A stretch of DNA of 64,000 nt, taken from assembly GCA_948437895.1 (NCBI GenBank), contig CAOJKK010000001.1, forward strand, positions 27,163 through 91,162, written 5' to 3'. The notes beneath the pieces were generated by a model, which saw nothing but the letters and a program-made list of their open reading frames with translations, ran no database searches and was not told the origin of the DNA. Both the position numbers and the translations under genes were made by a program. Every line of letters begins with the position of its first letter. The stretch's first letter is position 1. Positions 50,881 to 60,055 of this stretch are shown here, one piece after another. This DNA comes from an uncultured Clostridium sp. Lineage in GTDB: Bacteria; Bacillota; Clostridia; TANB77; CAG-508.

Positions 50881-52182
50881 TTAATGCTCATATATATTTC
50901 CAATATCTTTTCTATAGTCTAAGTTTTCATCTAAGTTTCCCTTCATAGAGTTATATACTCTTTCTTTTGCTTCTTCTAATGTTGTACCAGAAGTAGTTAA
51001 ACCAAATAATCTTGAATTACTTACTGATGAGTATGTATTTCCTTCTACATTTTTGGTATTCGCAAAATATATTTTTACTCCTTGCTTTTCTATTTCCTCT
51101 TTGTTTAATGTAAATACTAATGGTTCTTTTCTATTTTCAACTGCATATTCTTTTGTTACTACATATACAGTAAATGTATAATTGCTTTTAAATTTACAAT
51201 TATCTTTATTTAGTGTCTTGTTAAATATATTTTCCATTACTTCTGTAAATGGTGTTTCCAATGAGTTTAAAACATTTAATGCCTCTGGATCACCAAATCT
51301 GGCATTGAATTCAATGAATTTTATTCCATTATTTGTTTTGAAAAATCCTCCATATATTACTCCATTAAATTCAATAGAATCTTTGTTGATATATTTTAAT
51401 GTGTTTTTTATAAGCTCTGCACATTCATCAATATCTTTTTGCTCTAAGAATGGTAATTTTCCATCTTCAAAACTCAAGCATCCCATTCCACCTGTTCCAG
51501 GTCCTTTATCTTCATCAAATCTATATGGGTAATCAAAAGTTGTTGGTGTAACTACGATATTTTCTCCATCTGTTAGAGCCATTACTGTAAATTCTCTTCC
51601 TTCAATTTTATCTTGAACAATTACATTTCCACTTGATTCTAAACAGCTTTTAGCATATTCATATCCTTCTTCTTTTCCCTTGAAATGAATTCCGCCTACT
51701 TTTACACCTTTTCCTCCTGTTAGTCCTTCTGGTTTTACAACAAAGCTATCATCTTCATATTTATCAATAATTGCTTTTAATTCATTTGAATCTGTTATAT
51801 TGTAGTTTTTTATTATCATATCAGGTGCTAGTTTTTCTACTATATCTAATGCGTATGTTTTACTCCATTCTATTTTTGACCCTTTTGATGTTGGTCCAAA
51901 TGTTTTTAATCCTAACTCTCTTGCAACATCAATTAATCCATCTTGTAATAAATTATCACTACTTATTACACATGTAGTTATATCGTTTTCTTTAATAAAA
52001 CTTCTTACTACATCTTTATTAAATGGATCATCAACTATATATTTTCCATTTGATTTTTTTACACTTCCTATTATGCTTGGATTTTCATATGGACATACTG
52101 TATAAAGTTCGTACCCTTTGCTTATGTATTCTGCAAGAACTGCTTCTCTTCCACCATTCCCTAACAATAAACATTTTTCCAT
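50881..52182 (-). CDS. purD: phosphoribosylamine--glycine ligase (ATP-grasp), divergent
   Basis: LLGNGGREAVLA, VVKPEGLTGGKGV, DKGPGTGGMG, NARFGDPE motifs. Confidence 0.75.
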   Translation of the reverse strand: MEKCLLLGNGGREAVLAEYISKGYELYTVCPYENPSIIGSVKKSNGKYIVDDPFNKDVVRSFIKENDITTCVISSDNLLQDGLIDVARELGLKTFGPTSKGSKIEWSKTYALDIVEKLAPDMIIKNYNITDSNELKAIIDKYEDDSFVVKPEGLTGGKGVKVGGIHFKGKEEGYEYAKSCLESSGNVIVQDKIEGREFTVMALTDGENIVVTPTTFDYPYRFDEDKGPGTGGMGCLSFEDGKLPFLEQKDIDECAELIKNTLKYINKDSIEFNGVIYGGFFKTNNGIKFIEFNARFGDPEALNVLNSLETPFTEVMENIFNKTLNKDNCKFKSNYTFTVYVVTKEYAVENRKEPLVFTLNKEEIEKQGVKIYFANTKNVEGNTYSSVSNSRLFGLTTSGTTLEEAKERVYNSMKGNLDENLDYRKDIGNIYEH

Positions 52183-52342
52183 TTTATTTCTCCTTTTTTG
52201 TTTTTATATATTTTATCAGTAATAAAAATTTTTTTCAACATTTCTATAAAAACCTATTGACTTTTTTAATTCTTAACTGTAAAATATTTTTACCGATAGC
52301 GAACAGCTATTTGTGGAACATATTTTTTGTAGGGGGGCAAAT

Positions 52343-52870
52343 ATGAGTGTTTTAAAGTTTAGAAAAACAGTAAATAATCAAACATATTTAACAGTTAGTG
52401 TTCTAGGAAAAAGTTTAAAATTGAATATAAAATATACAAATACTGCAACTGTTGAATTAAATAAGAAAGATTATGAAATTGACTTGTTTTTGCCTAAAGC
52501 ATACAAAAATATTGAAAATATTGATATAGTAAATATGGCTATTCAAAAATTATATAATACAATTGCTGAAACAGAAATTGAATATGCTATGGAAGTAGCA
52601 AGACATATATTAAAATTTGCTCCAGATGATTACTCCATAAAAAGACTAAATGGCGAATTCTACAAATGTTCAAAAAACAAAATAACAATAAATCCTGATA
52701 TAGTTAGATTTAATAGAGAAATAATAAATACTACAATAATCCAAGCATTCTGTAAAACAAAACACAGACCTAACTCTATTGCATATAAAGAACTTTTAAA
52801 TAATGCAATGAATACTTATGAGATATATAAGAAAAAAGAAAATAAGATTAGAATACTAAAAGTTTCATAA
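52343..52870 (+). CDS. hypothetical protein
   Basis: AGGGGGG RBS 5 nt before ATG at 52343 (ORF track starts at 52313). Confidence 0.4.
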   Translation: MSVLKFRKTVNNQTYLTVSVLGKSLKLNIKYTNTATVELNKKDYEIDLFLPKAYKNIENIDIVNMAIQKLYNTIAETEIEYAMEVARHILKFAPDDYSIKRLNGEFYKCSKNKITINPDIVRFNREIINTTIIQAFCKTKHRPNSIAYKELLNNAMNTYEIYKKKENKIRILKVS

Positions 52871-52915
52871 ATAGATTAAGAGCTTCCATTTTAGGAAGCT
52901 CTTTTGAGATAAATT

Positions 52916-53212
52916 TTACCAAAAGATTTTACTCTCTTTAAGAGTAATTATTTCCTTTTGGCTCTCTGTGAACTCGTACCAAATCTTTCCGTAGTTATCT
53001 ACAACGTGCGCCATAAATTCGATAAATTTTACTTTTATCTTAGGCTCTTCGTTGATTCTTTTTATAATTTCTCGGTCAAATTTTGGTTCAAGCCCTCGCC
53101 CCTGAATCTCTGCGAACTTCAATCCCCACTCCTGCATAATAGCATTAGCAATTGGATCTATTGCATCGCTTAATTCCCGCGCTACTTGATTTCTTTCTTT
53201 CGATACTGCCAT
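52916..53212 (-). CDS. small hypothetical protein with atypically GC-rich codon usage
   Basis: 98 aa ORF; many GCG/CGG/GGG/CGA codons rare in the rest of the window. Confidence 0.4.
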   Translation of the reverse strand: MAVSKERNQVARELSDAIDPIANAIMQEWGLKFAEIQGRGLEPKFDREIIKRINEEPKIKVKFIEFMAHVVDNYGKIWYEFTESQKEIITLKESKIFW

Positions 53213-53461
53213 AATAATTTACCTCCAATAATTTCTGTAATATAACGTATGGCTATTTATATTACGAATTGTGTCAAATATTTGACTACAAGATAATTAT
53301 ATCATTTTTTACATAATAAGTAAATACAGGTTTTCCATTTATACCTTACTGTGTAACAGAAATGTAATATAAGTTTAATCTTTATGAAATATTTTTCCAT
53401 GCTTTATATTATATAATATTTGTATATATTAGAATACTAAAGAATAAAGGAGTTCGTTGAA

Positions 53462-54586
53462 TTGGCTACTTTCTCAAGATTAAAGAAAGAAGGTATTGAA
53501 GTTGTTTCACAACTAGATACTTTGAAAGTAAATACTATAGCAATTAATGTTGCAAGCAAATTATGCCTCGCTTTTCCTGAACACAATTTAAATAAAAGTG
53601 AGCTATTTGAGTCCCTTTCAAGACTTAATATGTATATTGCAAAAATGCCTCCAGATTCCTCAGGAGCTAAGTATTTCTATAAAGATAATTCTATATATTT
53701 TAATGAAACATCAGATATTAATGAGCTATCTACATTAGCAGTTCACGAATGCATTCATTACATTCAAGAACTTCGTGATAGTAATAATAACGTCTCTAAA
53801 ATGGGATTATATAACCCTTCATACAATTCAGGCCTTGCTATAAATGAAGCTGCAGTCCAACTTATGGCCTCAGAAGCAAATATGAATGAATTTTCAAAGG
53901 AGACATATTATGGAATTTCAATAAGTACAATTAGTCCAGATTATTATCCATTACAATGTGCTCTTTTAAATCAGATTTCATATTTTACTGGAACATATCC
54001 TTTATATCATAGTACACTTAATAGTAATGATGTATTTAAAAATACTTTTATATTGAAATCAGATAAAAAGACATATTCAGCAATATTAAAGAATTTTGAT
54101 AATTTATTATCATTAGAAAACAACTTAAATTATTATACAATCGAATTACAATATACTGATAAGATTAGTTCTATTAAGTTGTTGAATAAATTAATAAATG
54201 AGACTAAAGAGGATATAAAATCATTATTTTTTAAAACTCAAAATTTAATTATGCTTAAATGTTTCAAAAATGAATTTAATAGTATTAGAAATTTAGAAGA
54301 TATAAAAGAATTTAATTCTAAATTGTATAACTATAAAAATATGATTGGATTTTCTGACGAATATACATTTTATAATGAGTTCTACCGTAGCATGATGAAT
54401 GTTATTGAAGAGAAAAAAGCATATATAGAACAATATGGAGAAATAAACTTATTTGAAAATGTTAATACTAGTCTTATGCTAGTTGATACAACTAAAAATA
54501 CTTTTTCTTTTATAACTACATTTGTAAGTAAAATAAAGAAACTATTTAGACTTAATAAGTCTTCAGAAAGCATAAATGATTTATAA
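53462..54586 (+). CDS. hypothetical protein with HExxH motif (putative zinc metalloprotease)
   Basis: AVHECIHYIQE contains HExxH. Confidence 0.4.
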   Translation: MATFSRLKKEGIEVVSQLDTLKVNTIAINVASKLCLAFPEHNLNKSELFESLSRLNMYIAKMPPDSSGAKYFYKDNSIYFNETSDINELSTLAVHECIHYIQELRDSNNNVSKMGLYNPSYNSGLAINEAAVQLMASEANMNEFSKETYYGISISTISPDYYPLQCALLNQISYFTGTYPLYHSTLNSNDVFKNTFILKSDKKTYSAILKNFDNLLSLENNLNYYTIELQYTDKISSIKLLNKLINETKEDIKSLFFKTQNLIMLKCFKNEFNSIRNLEDIKEFNSKLYNYKNMIGFSDEYTFYNEFYRSMMNVIEEKKAYIEQYGEINLFENVNTSLMLVDTTKNTFSFITTFVSKIKKLFRLNKSSESINDL

Positions 54587-54607
54587 TTAATTTAAGGTAA
54601 TGTCAAT

Positions 54608-55150
54608 TTATTTAGACATTACCTCTTTTAAATCTTTCCAAAAATCTATTTTCTTAGTATCATCTCTAAGTAGTGCTGCTGGATGGAATGTTGGCAAATA
54701 CTTTATTCCATCTCTTTCAAACCATTTCCCTCTACTTGCTGTTATTCCATATTCTTTCCCTAGTATGTTTTTTAACGCTACACTACCTAATAGTATAATT
54801 ATTTCTGGATTTACTAATTTTATTTGGGCTTCTAAATATTCTCTGCAACAATCTGCTTCATCATACTCTGGATTTCTATTATTAGGTGGTCTGCATTTTA
54901 CTATATTTGCTATATATACTTCTTCTCTTTTTATTCCTATCCCTTGAAATGCTTTGTCCATCAACTGACCAGCTTTCCCTACAAAAGGTATTCCTTGTAT
55001 ATCTTCATCTGCTCCTGGTCCCTCGCCTATAAGCATTATTCTTGCATTCTTATTCCCTGTACCAATTACTACATTGTGTCTATTATTACACAATTTGCAT
55101 TTAGTACAATTTTTACATTCATTTTCTAACTCTTCCCATGTTTGATACAT
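54608..55150 (-). CDS. uracil-DNA glycosylase, family 4
   Basis: GEGPGADEDIQGIPFVGKAGQLM family-4 UDG motif and N-terminal Cys cluster. Confidence 0.8.
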   Translation of the reverse strand: MYQTWEELENECKNCTKCKLCNNRHNVVIGTGNKNARIMLIGEGPGADEDIQGIPFVGKAGQLMDKAFQGIGIKREEVYIANIVKCRPPNNRNPEYDEADCCREYLEAQIKLVNPEIIILLGSVALKNILGKEYGITASRGKWFERDGIKYLPTFHPAALLRDDTKKIDFWKDLKEVMSK

Positions 55151-55164
55151 ATTTTACTCCTTTT

Positions 55165-55256
55165 CTTGTAAGGGGACGCATCTTTCCCCTTGGTCTTTCT
55201 CTAAGGATAAGATACATCCCCATCCTTATCATCTGGTGATGTCAGTTTTCATATTT
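55165..55256 (-). repeat. ~90-bp structured intergenic element, family C, copy 2
   Basis: CTTGTAAGGGGACGCATCTTTCCCCTTGGTCT...GGATAAGATACATCCCCATCCTTATCATCTGGTGATGTCAGTTTTC, about 90% identical to copy 1. Confidence 0.65.
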
Positions 55257-55262
55257 TATTTA

Positions 55263-56678
55263 CTATAATAAACACATTAATGCTGTGTTTCTTCCCGCTT
55301 CTATTCCGTCTTTTCTATATGAATGGATTATATCACTATTACAAAAACTACAAATTTTACTATCAACAATGTTTTCTTCTAATATTCCTTGTTTTAATAG
55401 TAGGTTTTTATTTATTTCTACAGTATTTATGAAGTAACTATTAGTTTCTTTGTTGTATTTAATAATCTCATCTATATTATTCATAGATTTAAACTCATTA
55501 TAGAATAGGTCTCTTACATCTTTTTGAACCTCAAAATGACACTCTCTAATTGTTGGACCAATTATGCATATTATATCTTCTGTATTACAGCTATATCTCT
55601 TTTTCATAAATTCTATTGCTTTTTCTGCTATTCTCTTTACAGTTCCTTGCCATCCTGAATGAATATTTCCAATAATTCTTTTATTCTTATCAAATAAATA
55701 TATCGGCGTACAATCTGCGAATGTTAAAGATAGTATTTTATTCTTTTTGTCAGTTACCAGTCCATCTACATCTTCTAATTCTTTAGGAAATACTCCAATC
55801 TCTTCCGCTACTTCTTTCACATTGTTTGTATGTGTTTGATATGGTCTTACTATATTCTTGCTATCTAGTTTTAATAATTCACATGCTAATTTGTAATTAC
55901 TATCAAATTTTTCTTTTCCCTCTTTGTATGTGTCATTACTACCAAAATCAAGTGGCTTTAATGTAAATGCATGCGATAAAACATCACTGTATTTTAGTAA
56001 TCTTTTGAACTGCAAAATTCTTGAGTTTTCATCTTGAATTATAACTACTTCATCATTTATTATTTTACTTCCTATTATTTCTTTTATATCTTCTACTATT
56101 TTTTCTAAACTGTATTTATTATTATTTACAATTACAATATTAGAATTTTTAATATAGAAATCATTTTCAGGTTGAGCACTTATTCTATCTGTAGCACAGT
56201 CTTCATCTATATTATCCCTTAGACAAATTCTTTCCATTTTTATATCTTCATCTGCTATCACTGATATTACTATATCACACATCTCATTTAATTTACTTTC
56301 AATTAAAAGAGGTGCGTCAATTATAACTGTTTTATCTCTATTTAAACTTACTCTTTTACTTATCTCTTCTACTACATATTTGAATGTAAGTAAATTTAAC
56401 ATTTCTCTTTTTTCTTTGTCTGCAAATATTATACTTGCAAGTTTTGATTTATCTATTTCTCCGTTTTCTAATAAAATGCCTTTTCCAAACTCTTTTACTA
56501 TTTCTTTAAAATAAACTTCACCTGGCATAGACATCTCTTTTACTACTTTATCTGCATCTATAACACATGTATCAGGGTCTGTCCCTTTTGCGACATTTTG
56601 TCGCATTGGGACTGTCCCCAATGCACTGCTTATTGATGTTTTACCGCTTCCAGAGTTCCCAGTTATACCTATTATCAT
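55263..56678 (-). CDS. coaE: fused dephospho-CoA kinase / YfiH(PgeF)-family purine nucleoside phosphorylase-like protein, with a palindromic repeat inserted in frame after the P-loop
   Basis: N-terminus MIIGITGNSGSGKTS (CoaE P-loop), ...VIDADK; C-terminal half has PgeF motifs (PYQTHTNNV, LTFADCTPIYLFD, GNIHSGWQG, CSFC). Confidence 0.75.
   Translation of the reverse strand: MIIGITGNSGSGKTSISSALGTVPMRQNVAKGTDPDTCVIDADKVVKEMSMPGEVYFKEIVKEFGKGILLENGEIDKSKLASIIFADKEKREMLNLLTFKYVVEEISKRVSLNRDKTVIIDAPLLIESKLNEMCDIVISVIADEDIKMERICLRDNIDEDCATDRISAQPENDFYIKNSNIVIVNNNKYSLEKIVEDIKEIIGSKIINDEVVIIQDENSRILQFKRLLKYSDVLSHAFTLKPLDFGSNDTYKEGKEKFDSNYKLACELLKLDSKNIVRPYQTHTNNVKEVAEEIGVFPKELEDVDGLVTDKKNKILSLTFADCTPIYLFDKNKRIIGNIHSGWQGTVKRIAEKAIEFMKKRYSCNTEDIICIIGPTIRECHFEVQKDVRDLFYNEFKSMNNIDEIIKYNKETNSYFINTVEINKNLLLKQGILEENIVDSKICSFCNSDIIHSYRKDGIEAGRNTALMCLL
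56575..56622. repeat. intragenic copy of the GTCCC/GGGAC - TGCGACA/TGTCGCA palindromic element, inserted in frame in coaE
   Basis: GGGTCTGTCCCTTTTGCGACATTTTGTCGCATTGGGACTGTCCCCA; nested inverted repeats; translates to SALGTVPMRQNVAKGTDPD between the P-loop and the VIDADK motif. Confidence 0.7.
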
Positions 56679-56707
56679 AGTTACCTTCCTTTAAAATTTA
56701 AGTTTTT

Positions 56708-56765
56708 TATGACTAGATAATATCATAAAAGCAGATAATTTTCAATTAATTATCTGCTCTATATA
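56708..56765 (-). terminator. ~57-bp direct repeat copy 1 containing an 11-bp-stem terminator hairpin (AGCAGATAATT-TTCAATT-AATTATCTGCT)
   Basis: Identical apart from 2 mismatches to 58965..59020; downstream of the GNAT gene. Confidence 0.65.
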
Positions 56766-56778
56766 TTTTAATTTGTCT

Positions 56779-57291
56779 TCATATTCCAAATACTTTATCA
56801 TATTCAACTATTCCTTTTATTGCTTTTGCATTTTCATTTAGCTTTATAGCCATAAAGAATTCATCTTCCACATCAAATGGTGCTTTTATATTATATTTGC
56901 TTGCAAGAATATACCCTGATTTAGAATAATATTTATTACTTCCTAAAACAACAGAATAATTATAATTTAACTGTTTTGCAATTCTATGCCCTTCAGTAAT
57001 TAATCTCATACCGATACCTTTTCTTTGGTATTCTGGTAATACTGCCAATGGTGCTAGCGCTAATTCTGTACTATCCCCAATTTTAATTTTAGTAAATAAA
57101 ATATAACCTATAATTTTATTTTCATATACTGCTACTAACGATAATTCAGGAATAAATGAATTACTTTCTCTTAATTTAATAACTAAATCTTGTTCATTTC
57201 CATCCCTATGCTCTGCTTTCTCAAATGCAATTTTTATAACATTATATACTTGTTTATAATCATTCATATTTTCTTGTCTTATTTCTAACAC
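56779..57291 (-). CDS. GNAT family N-acetyltransferase
   Basis: QRKGIGMRLI acetyl-CoA binding motif. Confidence 0.8.
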   Translation of the reverse strand: MLEIRQENMNDYKQVYNVIKIAFEKAEHRDGNEQDLVIKLRESNSFIPELSLVAVYENKIIGYILFTKIKIGDSTELALAPLAVLPEYQRKGIGMRLITEGHRIAKQLNYNYSVVLGSNKYYSKSGYILASKYNIKAPFDVEDEFFMAIKLNENAKAIKGIVEYDKVFGI

Positions 57292-57316
57292 TTTAATTAC
57301 TCCTTAAAATTGTAAA

Positions 57317-57787
57317 TCATCTTTGTTTATTATCTTTCCACTCATGATATAAAATATCTTTTAAAACTAGCATACTGTCTAAAGGATTAAAACCATTTTC
57401 TTCTTGTAATTTAATAAACATTTCTCTAATTTTACTTGCATACTCTTCTATATTTACTTGCTTTTGATATTTTGCAAGTACTGGATATTTCTTGCTCCAA
57501 GCATTTGTCCAATCTATCTTTGCTTCTTTTTCTTCGTTAGTATTTTTAATAACTTGTTCAATTTCTTTTAAGTCTACATCAAATTCAATTAGCTCATCTA
57601 AAGATAAATTATAAAGTTTTGCTAATTTCTTTGCTTGATAAATATCTGGTACAGTTTCATCTGTTTCCCACTTTGAAATGGTTTGTCTACTTACACCTAA
57701 TTTTTCAGCAACTGTTTCTTGCGATAATCCTACTTTTTTCCTTGATTGAAATAAATTATTTCCTAAATTCATTTTATCCACCTCCAA
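57317..57787 (-). CDS. XRE-family HTH transcriptional regulator
   Basis: LSQETVAEKLGVSRQTISKWE helix-turn-helix. Confidence 0.75.
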   Translation of the reverse strand: MEVDKMNLGNNLFQSRKKVGLSQETVAEKLGVSRQTISKWETDETVPDIYQAKKLAKLYNLSLDELIEFDVDLKEIEQVIKNTNEEKEAKIDWTNAWSKKYPVLAKYQKQVNIEEYASKIREMFIKLQEENGFNPLDSMLVLKDILYHEWKDNKQR

Positions 57788-57891
57788 ATTAAGTGTACAG
57801 TATTAATCAATTCTTTTCTATCAATTATCCCTTACAATTCTGCTATTTTTATTAACATATTCAACTCTACAAATTGTAATTTATATTTACT

Positions 57892-58350
57892 TCATATTAT
57901 TTTTTCCATAATATAATTTGTCAAAAATAATCCTTTTCGTTCAACTTGTTGCTCTTTTATAACTTTATAACCTCTTTTTTCAAAAAATGTTTTTGCTGTA
58001 ATAGAAGATTGTGTAATAACTTTACCTTTTAATATTTTTTGTTCCAATCTATTACAGATCGCTGTTGCAACTCCTCTATTTTGATAATCTTTATGAACAA
58101 ATAATCTATCTAAATATCCAATTTCATCTATATCTCCAAAACCAATTATAGTATTATTTTCTTCAGCAACAATGGAATAATGTTTCAATAAAGATTCTCC
58201 CCATACTTCTATATCAATGTCTTTTCTCACCCACGCATTAACTTGCTCTTGACTATAATCTTTTATATTCACTGAATGAACAGTATTAAAAAACAATTCA
58301 AATACTTCTTTACAGTCCTCTGGTCTATATTCTCTTATTCTCATTTGCAC
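57892..58350 (-). CDS. GNAT family N-acetyltransferase
   Basis: YQNRGVATAICNRL motif. Confidence 0.75.
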   Translation of the reverse strand: MQMRIREYRPEDCKEVFELFFNTVHSVNIKDYSQEQVNAWVRKDIDIEVWGESLLKHYSIVAEENNTIIGFGDIDEIGYLDRLFVHKDYQNRGVATAICNRLEQKILKGKVITQSSITAKTFFEKRGYKVIKEQQVERKGLFLTNYIMEKII

Positions 58351-58402
58351 TAAAAACTCCTCAACATCTTACTATTTATCTAATTTCTATAAATTTCAGT
58401 TT

Positions 58403-58840
58403 CTATAATACGTTATTTTCCACCAAATTATTAAATTTTATATATACTTCCTCATACTTCTTTTTTAAATTTATAGGCTTTAATGTCCTATCAGTAAAGC
58501 AATGTTTTGACCATGCTTCTATAACTTCCTTCCCTGTCTTTTTATCTATCATTTTGTAAGATACCTTCATTCTAACGCCATTAAATTCTATGATTTTTGG
58601 ACTGATAATTATTATATTTCCACTTGTAACATGATATTTGTATTTACAATAAATTTCTAGTGTTGGAATTGTTAATCCTATTTCTTCCATCTTTTCCATA
58701 GAGATATTTTGATGATCCATCCATCTGCATCTTGCCTCTTCTAAAAATCTAACATAATTTGAGTGATGTACAACTCCCATCTTATCAGTTTCATAATAGT
58801 TTATCTTTCTTTCATATTTAAAATCCATAATGTCCTCCAA
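58403..58840 (-). CDS. hotdog-fold acyl-CoA thioesterase (YbgC/4HBT-like)
   Basis: YYETDKMGVVHHSNYVRFLEEAR motif. Confidence 0.7.
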   Translation of the reverse strand: MEDIMDFKYERKINYYETDKMGVVHHSNYVRFLEEARCRWMDHQNISMEKMEEIGLTIPTLEIYCKYKYHVTSGNIIIISPKIIEFNGVRMKVSYKMIDKKTGKEVIEAWSKHCFTDRTLKPINLKKKYEEVYIKFNNLVENNVL

Positions 58841-58852
58841 TTACTCCTATAT

Positions 58853-58945
58853 TTATCTTAATACTTCCAATAATTCTGTTACTGTTTTTGGTACATAGCT
58901 TATTGGTGTTTTACCATTTCTAGAGTTTTCAATTATACATATATT
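58853..58945 (-). pseudogene. remnant of a coaD 3' end (about 30 codons)
   Basis: Minus-strand translation ...NICIIENSRNGKTPISYVPKTVTELLEVLR* parallels the real CoaD C-terminus ...DKYVPKAVAELLESLR*; nucleotide similarity to 61761..61800. Confidence 0.5.
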
Positions 58946-58964
58946 CCTTTTAATTTATGTATTG

Positions 58965-59020
58965 TATGACCAGATAATATCATAAGAGCAGATAATTTTC
59001 AATTAATTATCTGCTCTATA
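58965..59020 (-). terminator. ~57-bp direct repeat copy 2 with the same terminator hairpin
   Basis: TATGACCAGATAATATCATAAGAGCAGATAATTTTCAATTAATTATCTGCTCTATA. Confidence 0.65.
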
Positions 59021-59032
59021 TTAAGTAGTTAA

Positions 59033-60004
59033 TTATCTTTCAACTATTTCTAATCCACACATATTACTTGTATCGCAAAAAATAATCTTTTTTTCTTTTT
59101 TTAAAGTTAAAGTAATTGAAGAAGAAATACTTTCAAAAATATCTTTTGTCATTTTTCCTTTGACTGGTGCAGCCAATTTAAGCCCTCTGCTATATTCTGA
59201 TTTTATATTTAAGCTGTATAAACCTTTTTTTAGTGTTATATTGAACCAATCTTCTTTAATATCACATTCTATTAATTTAGCATTATTATAAGTAGTAAAT
59301 TTAAATTCTTTATTATCAATTAGTAAAACACATATAAGTCCTTTAAATGTAAATAATTTAAAAGGTATATCTGCTACTGACAGCATAAAACTAGCATTTG
59401 TCTTCTGAAAATCATTGCCTTGACACCAAATGTATGATTTCGGAAATGAACATCCCCAATCTTTTTCGATATAACCTTTATCATTATTAAAGTAAATCGT
59501 TTCATCATTTATATTAATACAACCATTTATGGTATTTTGCATACTAATAATTCCATGATTACATTCCATAAATGGGATATATGAGAAAGGTCCCATTATA
59601 TTCGGCATAAAAATATTAGTATTAATATTCTTGCTATCAGAATATTTTATATGTCCATGTATTTTAAGATTTTGAGATTCATCTTCTATGTTTATATTAA
59701 TATCTTCTTTTGAAAAACTATTATTACCGATTTTAATACAAAAAGGGTTATAATTAAATTGAAAATCTTTAATATTGTAATTTACAAAATAAGACATATT
59801 GTTAGTAATTATTTGTATAAAGGCTTTAGCGCCTTTATCATCAACATTAATTCCTGGAATAAAAGAAATTCCTCTTTGAAAATTTGTATTTTTAAAATAC
59901 CAACCCTCAAAGTAGTTTTTATTTTTATTCAAATATTTCTCGCCCTGAAATAGCTCTGTATTTTTCATTAATAATAATTTGTTCATATTATGTATTATTT
60001 TCAA
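59033..60004 (-). CDS. hypothetical protein
   Basis: 323 aa ORF, no assigned motif. Confidence 0.45.
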   Translation of the reverse strand: MKIIHNMNKLLLMKNTELFQGEKYLNKNKNYFEGWYFKNTNFQRGISFIPGINVDDKGAKAFIQIITNNMSYFVNYNIKDFQFNYNPFCIKIGNNSFSKEDININIEDESQNLKIHGHIKYSDSKNINTNIFMPNIMGPFSYIPFMECNHGIISMQNTINGCININDETIYFNNDKGYIEKDWGCSFPKSYIWCQGNDFQKTNASFMLSVADIPFKLFTFKGLICVLLIDNKEFKFTTYNNAKLIECDIKEDWFNITLKKGLYSLNIKSEYSRGLKLAAPVKGKMTKDIFESISSSITLTLKKEKKIIFCDTSNMCGLEIVER

Positions 60005-60055
60005 AATATAGAATAATATTCTAATTGAATAAAATCTGTCATATTATATCTTTTA

